Counted from the stretch's first letter, positions 43,406-56,555 are shown. The stretch: 64,000 bases of DNA from Eledone cirrhosa (GCA_964016885.1 OZ024742.1:134168001-134232000), one strand, 5' to 3'. Numbers and translations: made by a program. Notes: generated by a model from the letters alone, not told the origin.

Positions 43406-44545
43406 CTACTCCCCCGGGTCATTATGGGGTTTGAGGGCGAGGTAAGTCCTACGCAATCTATGTTTACATGCAGTAACCAGTTCATCGTTCTTGTTTAGGA
43501 GTTGGTCCGTCGAAAACAACATTTGTAAAGTTTCCTCCGAGCATAAATTGCACGGACGGCGTCTTCCCATGTAAGAATTGGCTCTGGACAGTAATCTCCA
43601 AGTGAGATCATAGGTGATGTTGTTGTCCTTGAGGTCCCATATGTGGCCCGAAAGTGTAGTGGCGTGACGCCGGGCCGGGTTTCGGAAGGTATGTCTATGT
43701 TGGTATAGCCGGGTCTTGAAGTCACATGCGGTAAGTCCTATATAGGCTTTGTTGGAGGTATCCGTCCTCACGTTGTACTGGTAGATCACATTACGGTCTC
43801 TGCATCTATTGTCGAGTGGGCAAATGGATCTATCCGGACAGTTACACCTCCTGGTCGGTTCTCCACTGCTATTTAGGTTATTTCTGCCATCGGGGTTGAG
43901 TTTTTTGTTGTTAGAGGAGACGATGTTTTGTGCGAAGTTTGGTGTAATGCTGTAAGAGAGTTTGATGGTATTTTTGTTAATTATGTTGTGGTAGCGGTGT
44001 TGTAATGGGAAGTGTTTTTCAATGAGCCTAAAGAATAGTTTCCCGATGGGAGTTGTCACCTCTGCGTTGTGGGGAGGATTGAACCATGTTACATTGCGTG
44101 AGCGGCGGTGTCTCCTGCTGGTTCCGCTAATGGGAGCTGGACAGTAGGATATTTCCTCCCGGAAACCACTCCGCTTGAGGGCCTGGTTGTAATAAGGCGC
44201 ATGTTCATCGAATATCCGCTCATTAGCTGACAAACGGGATATGCGGAGGGAGATGTTTTTGACCAGGTTGTTTGTGATGTTCCTAGGATGGTTTGATCGG
44301 CGGTGGATGTAGTGCAGATTGTCATTAGGTTTCCTGTATGGGTAGTACAGGTCGTTTTCGAGGTCGAGGGTCACGTCCAGGAAGTTTACTCGGGTCAGGG
44401 ACGTTTGTAGGGTTATTTTAAATCCCCAGTCGCGGAAGAATCTGATTAATTGTTTCCGGACCCGATCTGTACTACTGGGGTTGTACCCTTTAAGGGTAAG
44501 CAGCCCATCATCACGGTACAATCCAGCACCGAATGCAGGAAACAT
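43406..44545 (-). CDS. Naiad-type PLE polyprotein, 5'-truncated: RT C-terminal half, CCHH-type linker, GIY-YIG endonuclease
   Basis: 379-aa uninterrupted ORF: GLYRDDGL, VNFLDVTLDL, PYRKPN, SNHP, WFNPP, CNC..CPLD..C, VIYQ..AYIGLT..FKTRLYQH, CNLC. Confidence 0.9.
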   Translation of the reverse strand: MFPAFGAGLYRDDGLLTLKGYNPSSTDRVRKQLIRFFRDWGFKITLQTSLTRVNFLDVTLDLENDLYYPYRKPNDNLHYIHRRSNHPRNITNNLVKNISLRISRLSANERIFDEHAPYYNQALKRSGFREEISYCPAPISGTSRRHRRSRNVTWFNPPHNAEVTTPIGKLFFRLIEKHFPLQHRYHNIINKNTIKLSYSITPNFAQNIVSSNNKKLNPDGRNNLNSSGEPTRRCNCPDRSICPLDNRCRDRNVIYQYNVRTDTSNKAYIGLTACDFKTRLYQHRHTFRNPARRHATTLSGHIWDLKDNNITYDLTWRLLSRANSYMGRRRPCNLCSEETLQMLFSTDQLLNKNDELVTACKHRLRRTYLALKPHNDPGE

Positions 44546-44888
44546 ATCAGTGAGTTTGGCTATTAGGACCCTAGGTCGTAGAACTTGCTTTACTTTTTTT
44601 TTTCTTTACACTTATTCGCTTTTCTTCACTCTCAGTATTTTTTCTTTCATATATATTTTTACCCCCCATTGTTCTACCTACTGTTCCGACTTCCTCCCCC
44701 TCCCCCTCCCCAGTATCTTCTTTGACCTCATGCCCAGCTGTAGCTGGCACTACCAACGCTTGATTGGGTCTACTCCACCCCCTCCCCTCTTTCTCCTACT
44801 GGCAGGTTTAGCCACCATCTCCCCTACTAATTTGCAATCACAGAATTACTACTGATTTTTGACAATCACTTTGACCATTTATGGAATT

Positions 44889-44982
44889 ACCCCTTGAGAA
44901 GATCGGCTATTTAAATACCAGGATAAATTTTCATTTAGTCCAGAATTAGCCGTCGAAACGGCTTGAGCTCAGCTGTCGGGGT
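44889..44982 (+). ncRNA. Type I hammerhead ribozyme with U3-A8 core (Nai-A, inverted arm)
   Basis: Same motif as 42196-42289; predicted cleavage after C44977. Confidence 0.8.
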
Positions 44983-45021
44983 CTTACTGGTTCCTATATA
45001 TATATATATATATATATATAT

Positions 45022-48000
45022 AACAGCAATAACAACAACAGCCAGAAAACCAGGAGCAAGCACTACTGAATTCAAGCATATTAGCTGAATTACTGAATGA
45101 CAGTATCACCCAGCCACTCACTCAGCCATCAATATCGCCATCACCATCATCATCGCCACTATCTTCTGCTACATCAACATCTTCTGCCACATCAACTGCT
45201 AGTAATGGACCACTGTTCTCTCACCCACCACAGTTGTCATTATCATCATCACACCTAATGGTTTCTTCCCCCACATCACCACCACAGGCATGCCATAGTC
45301 AAAAGAACTTTAACAAAAAAAGATCTATGGAGCTGTATGCCCCCCCCCCCCACTACACATAGTAGAAATACCCAAAATATGCCGCTACTCAGTACGTCAG
45401 AGGCTATACACGCGTACCAACTGTATATTTACCCATTTACCGGGTACTAGGCGCACTAACATTACCAGTCAACACCAAAGCACGCTGCCCACACGTATAG
45501 GTCGCAGTCCCAAAATCTGCCAACATTCCGTACGTGAGAGGCTATTTTTGCTGACTGACTGTCCCTTCACTCATCTTCCTGGGGCACAACGCACGAAGAG
45601 AAAAGGGGCTTCATGCCAACCCACAAACCACAATAAAGCCACTCCCTGTTGCGGTAATGATGCTCCTCTCTCCTCGCAAAGACATGATTATAACAACAAA
45701 AACAACAAAAGTAATGCTGCTCCAGTCTTTTCACAAAGACACGATCACAACAACAACAAATACAACAACAACAAAAATAACGCTGATCCAGTCTTTTCAC
45801 AAATACACAATTACAAATACAACAACAACAACAAAATATGGAACTGCAAACCCTATCCAATGTTGTAACCATAAATCCAATCAAAAACTGCTCCCTGAAC
45901 AAAAAAAAAAATATTTCTTTTTTAGCCATGAACCTGGCAAAAGAGGTAGAGAAAAACATTTTAGCCATCACCCAACACCATCCTTGCTGTCACTAACACA
46001 CAATCACAAAACAAGCCCCCTGTAACAGTCAAAACCAGCCACCACTCTGGCCTCCACATTCTTACTCAATGCACAGAAATGGGAGATCCAATTCATTGAG
46101 GATTGGGTTGGTAACCATCCATTTCACATCCCCTTCTTCATTCTTACTGAGACCCAGATTGACAACTCCCACTTGGAGGCCGAAGTAAGAGTGAGAAATT
46201 TCACAACCATTCCTGTGGATCGTGTTTGCAGAAGGAAGGGCGGAACTGCTATGTTCGTGCATGATTCCTTTACGGTAGATGGCAACACAACATTCTCTAA
46301 TGGATACTGTGAATCAGTCACTGTGCATAATAAAGCCAAAGACCTGACATTAGTTGGGCTTTTTAGGCCACCACAAGCACCCATGATCTGCTTCAAAGAA
46401 TGCCTCAACAGTATTAAATGCTTTATTAAAAAGTGCCATTCTAGCAACATACTTCTGATGGGACACTTTAATCTACCTTGTGTCGATTGGTCTACATGTA
46501 GTTTGAAACCAGGCTCCACAGCCTCAACCACGGACAAAGAGGCTGTCGAGTCAATTCTTGACTTCATGAATGAGTGTTTCTTGTCCCAAATAGTCCTTGC
46601 ACCAACGAAGCATCAGAAGAACATTCTGGATCTAGTATTTAGTAACCGCACTAACACTATACATAATATTACAGTGGAAAAAACCCTTCTCTCAGACCAT
46701 GACATGGTTCTTTGTAACCTGAGATTCCACCAGCGGAAAGCTAATCACAGAGTCCTCTCTCCAGCCCACTAATTTGATAACATGGATCTCTACAATGCCA
46801 ACAGGGATGTAATTATGAACGAACTATCACATGTCGACTGGTCTTTTACACACGCACACCACATCAAAACATCTTGGCAGGTCTTTGTAGACACTGTCAC
46901 AAATATATCTACAAAACACACACCCCCCAAAACCTGTGAACAAAACCAAGTGCAGTATCCCCCAAATCAGAAAAGTAAGATCAAACAAAAGAAATTAACA
47001 CTCTAAAATACTGCCAACAGCAACACACCCATTCAATGGCTATCACCCTGCTTGAGTCAAAAAATTATAACCTACAGTAATGCATGATGACCATCATCAA
47101 TAACCAGAGAATAACTGAAGAGAGGTGGGCCATTGAGAAAATCAAGGTCAACCCCAAAGTGTTCTTTTCATTTGCTAAAAAAGCACAAGGTCACCGTCTC
47201 CACTGTTGGCTCCCTAGTTGATGAAAATGGCACACTCCAGGACAATGCCAAAACGATGGTCGAGATACTGCAAAAACAATACTGCTCTGTTTTCAGCATC
47301 CTGATATGGCCGATCTGGGCCGTATCAGTGATATTAACCCCCAACACACTATATCAGACATAACGTTTGGCGACCCTGATGTCGTAGCGGCAATAAACAA
47401 AATTAAACACAATTCAGCAGTAGGCCCTGACAAGTTCCCTGCTTGTGTCCTGAAGGTGTGTCGACACCAACTTGCAACTCCTCTTGCTAATCTGTGGAGG
47501 AACTAGCTGGACACTGGCTATATTCCTGAAAACTTTCTGTCCCAGTCCGTTGTCCCAGTCTTCAAAAAGGGAAATAAGTCCCTTGCAGTGAACTACCGTC
47601 CGATCTCACTCACCTCTCATATTATCAAGGTATTTGATTCGGTGGTGAGATCACGAATAACCCACTTTCTTGAAAGCAACGGCCTGCTAAACTCCAACCA
47701 ACATGGGTTCTGTAATGGAAGGGACTGCCTAACGCAGCTCCTGCATCACTTTGGCGATGTTTTGAGAGCCTTGGGAGAGGGCTCCGACACTGATGTCATC
47801 TACCTTGATTTCAGCAAGGCCTTCGACAGAGTTCATCATAAGATTCTACTGAATAAACTATCCAATGTTGGTGTATCTGGAAGGTTACTACAGTGGATCA
47901 AATATTTCCTGACAGGCAGAACCCAGCATGTTGGAGTCGAAGGAGTAAAATCAAGCCCTGCCAAAGCCAGCAGTGGCGTCACACAAGGCAATGTGTTGGG

Positions 48001-49040
48001 CCCACTTCTTTTCATCATCTACATTAATGACATAACTGACATCATCAAGCACAGCGATATCAGAATCTTCACAGATGATTCCAAGGTACAAAGGGTCATC
48101 AATGAGGTGGGTGACCGGACTTGCCTTCAGTCAGACCTCCTGGCTGTTATCTAATGGGCAGAAATGAGTAATATACTGCTGAATGAGGATAAATTTGAAC
48201 TAATCCAATTTGGAAGAAAGGATGCCTGAAACTACCATACTCTCTTCCTTCAGGTGAAATTCTAGTGGCTTCCAATAACATCAGAGACCTGGCGGTAATT
48301 GTGGGCAACAATATAAGCTGGGCCACTCATATAAACAGCGAAATTGATATGGCCCGCAGAATGTGTTCCTGGATTCTCAGAACTTTCCAGTCGAGAAATA
48401 TCCACACTGTTATTCTTCTCTTCTCCACTTTTGCCCGACCCCACCTTGAATACTGCTGTCCACTGTGGTCACCCCACACGAAACAAAGTATCATGAAAGT
48501 TGAAGCACCCCAAATGTCAATTACAAAAAAAGATAGATGGCATGACAGGCCTTGACTATTGGAGTCGATTAGAAAAGCTCAAACTTTATTCTCTTCAACG
48601 TCGCCGTGAGCGCTACATTATCTGTATGATGTAGAAAATATTCCATCAGCTCTTCCCAAATGATGCTATCATCAACTTTAGAGTACATCCAAGGCTTGGG
48701 CTCCGTGCTATCCGCCCACGACAAAAATCTCGTTTGCATCACATAAAAACAATACGGCACAATTATTTCACCTCAATTGGCCCTGCACTCTTTAACATTA
48801 CACCAAAACACATCAAAGCCGAGACAGATCCCATCAAGTTCGAGAAGTCTTTGGATAAATTCCTACAAGAAATGCCGGATAAGCCTCCCACTCTTGGATA
48901 TGCCGCTGTAAACAATAACTCTCTGCTCGAGTGGGCCATGGTGCCCAAACACTAATTTGTAAGATTTCGGCTGTTGGTGCTATCAAGTTAGACATGGCCT
49001 GGGCCAATACTGGCCGAAACCTATCAAAGTTGTTAAAGTT
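45022..49040 (+). mobile_element. CR1-group LINE, decayed: ORF1 remnant and APE-RT ORF2 (about 46050-48955)
   Basis: GGTAMFV, MGHFNLP, NILDLVF, SDH, NYRPISLTS, YLDFSKAFDRV, SGVTQGNVLGPLLF, FTDDSK, RPHLEYCCPLWSPH. Confidence 0.92.
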
Positions 49041-49837
49041 ATATATATATATATATATTCAATAGTTAAGATTGTCATTAAAAAAATGTCAACATAGATT
49101 CAGTTTAATGTAAGCAATGTAAATAATAATAATAATAACACTAATAATGTCCGTTTACAACTGTTTCGCTACTCTATATAATGTTTCTGGATCAAATGAT
49201 TATAAAATTATAGATCATTATTGATCTGGTTCAGTTACCATACATGCTTTATTATTGGAGTTATTGTTTTAATTATACGCTGCCCTATTATTGATGTTAT
49301 TGTTTTGTTTTACGCTACTCCTCTATATAAGTCTTGTTTCGAGTGAAATATTTTCATATCTACATGCTCTGATGTGTTGAAAAGTGGTAAATAATGTATT
49401 TGAGGTCGTTTGACGCAATCTCAAGCGATTAGCGAACTATGTAAAATTGGAGCAGTTTACCTAGCTGCCTTCCACTGCACATTGCACATTGAGCACATGC
49501 CTTTACACTTTGGCTTCTATCTAATTCACCAATCTCTCTCTCCTCTCCTATCTCGATCTCTCTCTTTAAGATTAGTTACTCTTGAACTGTGTAAATATAT
49601 ATGTATATTTTCATTTCCTCCTTTTCTTCTTCTTCTTATTATTATTTTTTAAGGTACCCTGCATGGTATCTTACTTGTCACTTTCTACATCTGTAACTGC
49701 TCTATCTATTTACCATACATGTTTTATTATTGAATTTATTGTTTTAATTATACGCTGCTCTATTATTAATGTTATTGTTTTGTTTTACGCTACTCCTCTA
49801 TATAAGTCTTGCTTCGAGTGAAATAATTTCATATCTA

Positions 49838-49948
49838 TGTGCTCTGATGTGTTTAAAAGTGGTAAACAATGTATTTGAGATCGATTGACGCAATTTCAAA
49901 CGATTAGCGAACTCGAGACACCTGATCAACGAAACAATTGTCAGTACT
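49838..49948 (+). ncRNA. Degraded long-loop-II hammerhead ribozyme (partial duplicate at about 49363-49440)
   Basis: gtgct-CTGATGT-gtt...ctgatcaac-GAAA-caatt-GTC-agtac; stem III palindrome ACAATTGT. Confidence 0.6.
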
Positions 49949-50177
49949 TTAAATAAAGCCCTTATTGTACAGCCAACCATGTTACCCTTCTTTCCTTAAC
50001 TTTTATTACTCCAAGTATAACTTGCATAGAAATTACCGCGAACTCGCTGCATAACTATGGAAACATCTTGCTGAGTCAAATAAAGCCGTACGTTAAAACC
50101 ATCCATGACGTGGAGTACTCTAACCGGATTACCTCTAACTGGATTATCTATAACGAAAACTTGTTATCCCATATATT

Positions 50178-50312
<135 letters not shown>

Positions 50313-50520
50313 CTCTTTTTACAACACGGTGTTTTTTCCGCTTCAGGTAGACGCGCGCCATCATCCACTTTTCCAAAAAAAACAAATCATACACAAAACG
50401 CCAGCACCAACATTTTTGCAAGAGATGTCAACATGAATGGACCTATTATTTTTATCTAAAGACAATTTTTTTCCAATTCCATCCCGTCCGTCCCCTTAAT
50501 CTATTTTATTTCTCATTATT

Positions 50521-50556
50521 TCTTCTGATGAAGGACTAGCGTCCAAGACGTTAAGA
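50521..50556 (+). ncRNA. Minimal hammerhead ribozyme in the 5' pLTR (GAAA mutated)
   Basis: tctt-CTGATGA-a-ggac-tagc-gtcc-AAGA-c-GTT-aaga. Confidence 0.7.
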
Positions 50557-53500
50557 CCCTCTTCCTACTATATCAAGCGTTAACCTAATATATACGTTCC
50601 ATATCCAATTGTGTTGTTATTTCTGTTTACATTTTACATACACATATATATATATCAACGCTTACATGGACCTCTCAAAATTCGTTGGCTTTCCTGATTG
50701 GATCTCGAAACTGGATACCAACCCGGAGTACACCTGAACTTCCACCAGGAAATCTTTCGTATCTTTGAAATTTTCTTTGCTTCTTGCATTTAAATATTCC
50801 ACGACTCTCTACCACTTTTCCTCTACTACATTTTCTCAGCCGTTTATTTTTCACTCCCAACCTAGTACCTTCAATATGCCCAATCTCAAATCCTTTCTCC
50901 GCCAGCTCCATTCTACTCTCAAGCGCTTCCTCCAACCTCTCCCCCCTAACATATATGCATCTAAACCTCCCTGCATCTCTCCAACCTAATCTTTACCAAA
51001 ACACGATACAACAGTCACATCAGATTTTTAAGTCGCTGTCTCCAACACCATCTCATTCGCACCGGTGTCCGCCTCAAGTGTCACGCCAGCTCTTACTCTG
51101 CTGCCACCACTGAGCCCATCCTGACCCACTCCTCTAGCCAGCTCATGCGGGCGACCATTCGATCAACTCCCGCACAAATCCGTTCTCTCGACCGGGATCT
51201 CCCCAAGGCCTACATCCATCTCTCCTCCACTTACCACCCTTTCCTCGCCCAATCCCTTATACAATTCATCCTTTACCTCAATCGCCTCCTTCTCAATTTC
51301 CTCACATCCGCAAAAAAACATAAACTCGACTCTGTCCGCTCCTTGCCTGCCGTCACCACCCATACTCATATCACTTCCAACCCTAACCCCTCTATCCCGT
51401 CACCTACCACTGTATCTGCACACGCTTTGCACAACCACCTTGACACCTCGCCTCCGCCACTTTCACTCCCTCACGCACCTGCACTGTAGTTACCTTACCC
51501 CAGGACCTACCACTCTCCGAAGCTGAACGCTCCCTCCTCGCCCGTGCATTTCGTTTTATACCAACCACATCTACCTGCAACGAGTTCCGCACTTGTGCCA
51601 AGATTGAAGGGTTCTTCCGTTGTTTAAAGCTGAAAGCTTTTTTTCACGACACGCCATCATCAACACAGACGGATGACTTCACTCGTCTCAGTTGCCGGCA
51701 ATCACATTGGACGCCGAGCTCTGGCCAGTTCAGCACCCACGACTCTTTTGTCAATACTTGCCGGAGTACCGTGAATCGGTTCCGTTTCCACAAGCATTCT
51801 CGTCGCTCTAACATCACGCGAACTTAGCTCTCCGCTCTTCGCAGCCTTCGGTGTTGTGATGACATTGTCACAAACCCGCTGACAAAGGTGGCGCTGTGGT
51901 GGTTTGGAGTGCTGACCTCTATAGGGCTGAGGCTCTCCGCCAGCTTCACAATAACCTTTTTTTACCACCCTTTATCATCCAACCCCACTCCTTGGTACCA
52001 ACAACTCCTGTCCTCCACCAACCACGAGCCCATCTCCACCTCTCACCTAACCCCCACACCCACCAACATTATTGTATGCACACCTCGCACACCACCCATC
52101 TACTTCCTCCCCAAAATACACAAAATAATCCGGGCCGTCCTATCGTTTATGCGTGCAACTGCCCCACCGAGATAATTTCTGAATATTTAGACACCATCCT
52201 CGCTCGTTGGTCGCCTATCTCCCCTCCAACATCCACGATACACATCATGCCCTTAGACTTTTCTATTCTTTCTCCTTCCCGCCTGGTCCCTCCCGCCTAC
52301 TCTTTATCTTGGACATGACTTTTCTCTATACCGTCAACCCTAATGATGACGGCTACCGCGCACTCCAGCATTTTTTAGATGTACGCCCTACCCCTTACCC
52401 CAGCACTACCACTCTTCTCCTTCTGGCTGAGCTTCTTCTCACCCTTAATGGATTTTCTTTTTCGCGTGAATTTTACTATCAGGTCTCTCGGGTAACGATG
52501 GGAATCAGAATGGGTCCAATCAATGCCAACTCGCTTGTTGGCTACGTCGAAGCCCAGGTCTTCTCCCAGTACGCTGGACCAACTGCCTAGCTATACGTTC
52601 GTTATATCGACGACTGTATCGGCGCCACCTCTCTATCACGAGAACAGCTCGACTGTTTTCTTTCTTTTGTCAAATCTTTCCATCCTGCTCTCAATTTCAC
52701 TGCCTCGGTCTTCGATTCTGCTGCCGCTTTTCTAGATATCTCTCCATCTATTAATCATTATTACCCCACCGTCTCTACTTCCATCTACACTGAAACCAAC
52801 AAAATCCCAATCTTATCTCGACTTCACCTCCTGCCATCCAACCCACACCAAACACTCCATAGCATATTCCCAGTTCCTCCGTCTTCGTCAACTCTGTAGC
52901 CAGGACGACGATTTCGAAACCCATTCCGTTCGCATGGCTTCCTGCTTCATCCAGCGTGGATATCCCCCCCACATCCATCCAAGCTGATCTCACCCGCGCC
53001 CGTGAAACATACCCCACCACAGCCTCCTCACCTCAATCCCGCCCTTCCAATAACTGTGTTCCTTTCCCTCTTCCCTACCACCCCAGCACTCTACCACTGC
53101 GGCGACATATCCTCCGTTCCTTCCATATCCTCTCTTCTGACCCCGTCACTTCTCGCTTTTTTCCAAAGCCACCCATTATGGCTTTTAAGCGCGCCCGATA
53201 CCTCGACGACCTCCTGGTTCGCATTTCTTCTTCGTCCACTCCCACCACTCCACCTGGGTATCCTTATACATCATCGATCACAGGCCTCGCACACTGGGAC
53301 TGAACAAAGTCTGATTCATCGTCTTGGGTCCTATTCCCCTCTTAGACTAAACTCACCTCCCCAATTCTCTAATACCCCGTCCATTATCACACCCCTAGAT
53401 TCCTATCGCTTTTTCTTTGCTCATAGCTTCGTACCGACATGTACACACACTCTTTTACTCACATATACACACATATCTCTACTTAGCTTCGTACGGACCT

Positions 53501-53568
53501 ATAATAACACACACACACACACATACTCACGTGCACATGCACACACACACACACACACACGCACACAC

Positions 53569-53599
<31 letters not shown>

Positions 53600-53830
53600 T
53601 GATGCTTACGCACGTGCTCAAGTATAGCTCTTTTTACAAAACAGATTTTTTTCCATTTCAGGTAGACGCGCGCCTTCATCGAATTTCTAAAGAACAAATC
53701 ATACACAAAACGCCAGCACCAATATTTTTGCAAGAGAAGTCAACATGAATGGACCCATTATTTCTATCTAAAGACATTTTTTCCAATTCCATCTAGCCCG
53801 TCCCGTTAATCTATTTTATTTCTCATTCTT

Positions 53831-53866
53831 TCTTCTCATGAAAGACTAGCGTCCGAAAATTTAAGA
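53831..53866 (+). ncRNA. Minimal hammerhead ribozyme in the 3' pLTR (G5 mutated)
   Basis: tctt-CTCATGA-a-agac-tagc-gtcc-GAAA-attt-aaga; lesions differ from those of the 5' copy. Confidence 0.65.
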
Positions 53867-53967
53867 GCCTCTTCCTGCTATATCAAGCGTTAACCAAATA
53901 TATACCTTCCGACTGAGTTGTTATTTGCGTTTACCTTTTACATACATACTTACACACACACACACAC

Positions 53968-54044
<77 letters not shown>

Positions 54045-54153
54045 TGCATACATAAATATACATACCTAGATATGTATATATACTTAAGGTAAACATTGAT
54101 GCAATTTTATTCAAGCACTCAACATACGTATTCCACATAGGAGTGAGGGTGTA

Positions 54154-55887
54154 AATATCGAATAAGGAAAAGCGAAGTAGTTTCAGATGTTCAAGTCCTT
54201 TAATTATAATGCTGTGATATAAATTTTAATGACGACAGTGGCTACACTGTTGCGTGCGTCAGTGCCGCGACATCGTCAGACACCTTGTTACATAATAAGG
54301 TTATGTTTCCGAGGCAATCCAAATTGAATCGACATGGGAACGGATGAAGTGTGTGCTCTTGGATTCTTCATCAGTTCCCTTGTGAATACCAAGTCACCCC
54401 CCTTGCGGTCTGCGCAGACGCAGGTCCGAAGGAGGTTGACCATTAGCTACCACAGAGTTCAACGAGATTCGCCTTGGTAGGCAGTTCCCCCTCTCAACCA
54501 AACAATGGCCTATTCAGGCCTGTAATATATACCTTCTGCTAGCCACCTCGTCAGTGGCAGTCAGCCTACTGGTGGTGGGAGAGTATGAGTATCCATAGGT
54601 CTCAATACTACCCCCACATTAAGCATGGACAGTGTAATTGACCATCGACCTCTGAGAGAAAATATACTTAATTTTAGGTATTATGGTTTCACAGTGAAAA
54701 TTATGAATGAGAGTTGGAAATTAAAACTAAAAAGTAAAAATCGAAAATCAGAAATCAAAAATTAAAATAAAAAAAATAAAAAAATGTACAAGTGAGAATC
54801 TAGATTGAAGTGAGTAAAAAAATATGTGCACCTATACTACGTAGGGAGATGTTAAAGTAAGAAGTTTTGAAAGGGGTATTAATGTTACATATATATTATC
54901 TACATACTGAACGATAGTACCGTACAGTAGAACGGAGGGTAAATTAATGTATGAAAGGCAGTAGTTAGGCGGGTACATAGTTAGAATTTCCATCACATGG
55001 AACATCCGAAAAAAAACACAGATATAAAATACACAAAAACACACACAAAAAATATCCAATAAATACAAAAATTACATACAGTATATATATTCAAAATGAG
55101 ATAGGAGATACATGATTAATATGATTGTCAATTTGACCATATATAGATTGAATTGAGGGGGCTTCTGTTCAAATGCAATCCCTACGTAGTAGAGAGTATA
55201 GGTGCACATATTTTTTTGCTCACTTCAATCTATATTTGTTTCTCACTTCAAGCGAGATTCTCACTTGTAATTTTTTTTTAATTTAAAATTTTAATTTTTG
55301 ATTTCTGATTTTCGATTTTTAATTTTTAGTTTTTATTTCCAACCCTCATTCATAATTTCCACTGTGAAACCATAATACCTAGAATTAAGTATAGCCTCTC
55401 TTAGAGGCTGATGGTCAATTATACTGTCCATGCTTAATGTGGGATAGTATTGAGAGATATTGATACTCATACTCTCCCACCTTCACTAGCTTTCGGCTGA
55501 GTGTAATATATAGCAGTAAGCTATATATTACATGTCTGAATAGGTCAATGTTTAGTTGAGAGGGGGAACTGCCTAGGCGAATTTCGTTGAAATATGTGGT
55601 TCTAATGGACAACTTCCTTCGGACCTGCGCCTGCGCAGACCGGAGGGGGTGAATAGTTATTCACAAGGGAACTGATGAAGAACCCAAGAACACACACTTC
55701 GTCCGTTCTCATGTCGATTAAATTTGGATTGCCTCGGAAACATAACCTTATTATGTAACAAGCTGCCTGACGATGTCGCGGCACTGGCGCACACAACAGT
55801 GTGGCCACTGTCGCCATTGCATTATATGTCACTGCATTATTATTAAAGGACTTGAATATCTGAAACTACTTCGCTTTTCCTTATTCG

Positions 55888-55890
<3 letters not shown>
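54154..55890. mobile_element. Large ORF-less fold-back element (about 700-bp arms, about 330-bp spacer)
   Basis: 54154-54850 is the reverse complement of about 55180-55890. Confidence 0.9.
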
Positions 55891-55925
<35 letters not shown>

Positions 55926-56003
55926 CGTTTCTGAATTTGTTTAGCAAGATTCTTTATCTGAGATCGTGTGTTTCTTATTGGCAACATGACCCTCCCAAAG
56001 TAT

Positions 56004-56032
<29 letters not shown>

Positions 56033-56034
<2 letters not shown>

Positions 56035-56290
56035 GGGCGGGTAAAATTCCCGAGATCCATGGACGAATTCTCTCCAGCTGTCTCTGTCCCTCATTATCGC
56101 TGCCATGTCCTGCGTCTCCAACAGACAAGTGTCTGTCCTTAGAACATCAACATATGTTAATCTTCGTCTTCCTCTTCCAGTGTGTCCATGTAGGGGCTCC
56201 CACACAAAAATTTTGCCGCTGATCGTGGCCATTGGCGAGTAGTAACTGCTCAATGCGCTGAACGGCGGGGTAGAATCTAAGACTAAGACT
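56033..56290 (-). mobile_element. RTE-type LINE 3' fragment
   Basis: WEPLHGHTGRGRRRLTYVDVL...DRDSWR. Confidence 0.7.
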
Positions 56291-56291
56291 A

Positions 56292-56335
<44 letters not shown>

Positions 56336-56337
<2 letters not shown>

Positions 56338-56495
56338 AGGAAAGTGTTTGAACCCGACGGCAGAGCTCCAGCCGTTTCGAAAAGCCTTGCGCTCTGCCGT
56401 CGGTGTCAAACATTTTCCTATTACCCACTCTACTACCCTAAATATAGAGTACTCTGGCGTTATGGTCTATCTGGTTCCTTACAACACCTCCTTCG

Positions 56496-56498
<3 letters not shown>
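56336..56498. mobile_element. Minimal fold-back of a Nai-A-like terminus
   Basis: Palindrome centred at gtttcgaaaa (about 56378) followed by the about 80-nt tail; in (TA)n. Confidence 0.8.

Positions 56499-56555
<57 letters not shown>

Larger units (their letters stand above)
42103..44996 (-). mobile_element. Nai-A copy 3 (best preserved): inverted arm 44560-44996, 5'-truncated open ORF, 1.3-kb 3' region
   Basis: 44560-44996 is a near-identical reverse complement of about 42182-42620; both ends in (TA)n. Confidence 0.93.

Noticed and set aside
43406-44545. Selenoprotein-type Naiad (in-frame UGA at Cys positions plus SECIS)
   Set aside because: The ORF is open with ordinary Cys codons in the CNC/CPL/CNLC motifs (also in Nai-B), and I see no SECIS-like motif after the stop. 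The missing 5' part cannot be assessed.
55672-55740. CTGATGA as a type I HHR core
   Set aside because: No stem I partner; the motif lies inside a simple hairpin
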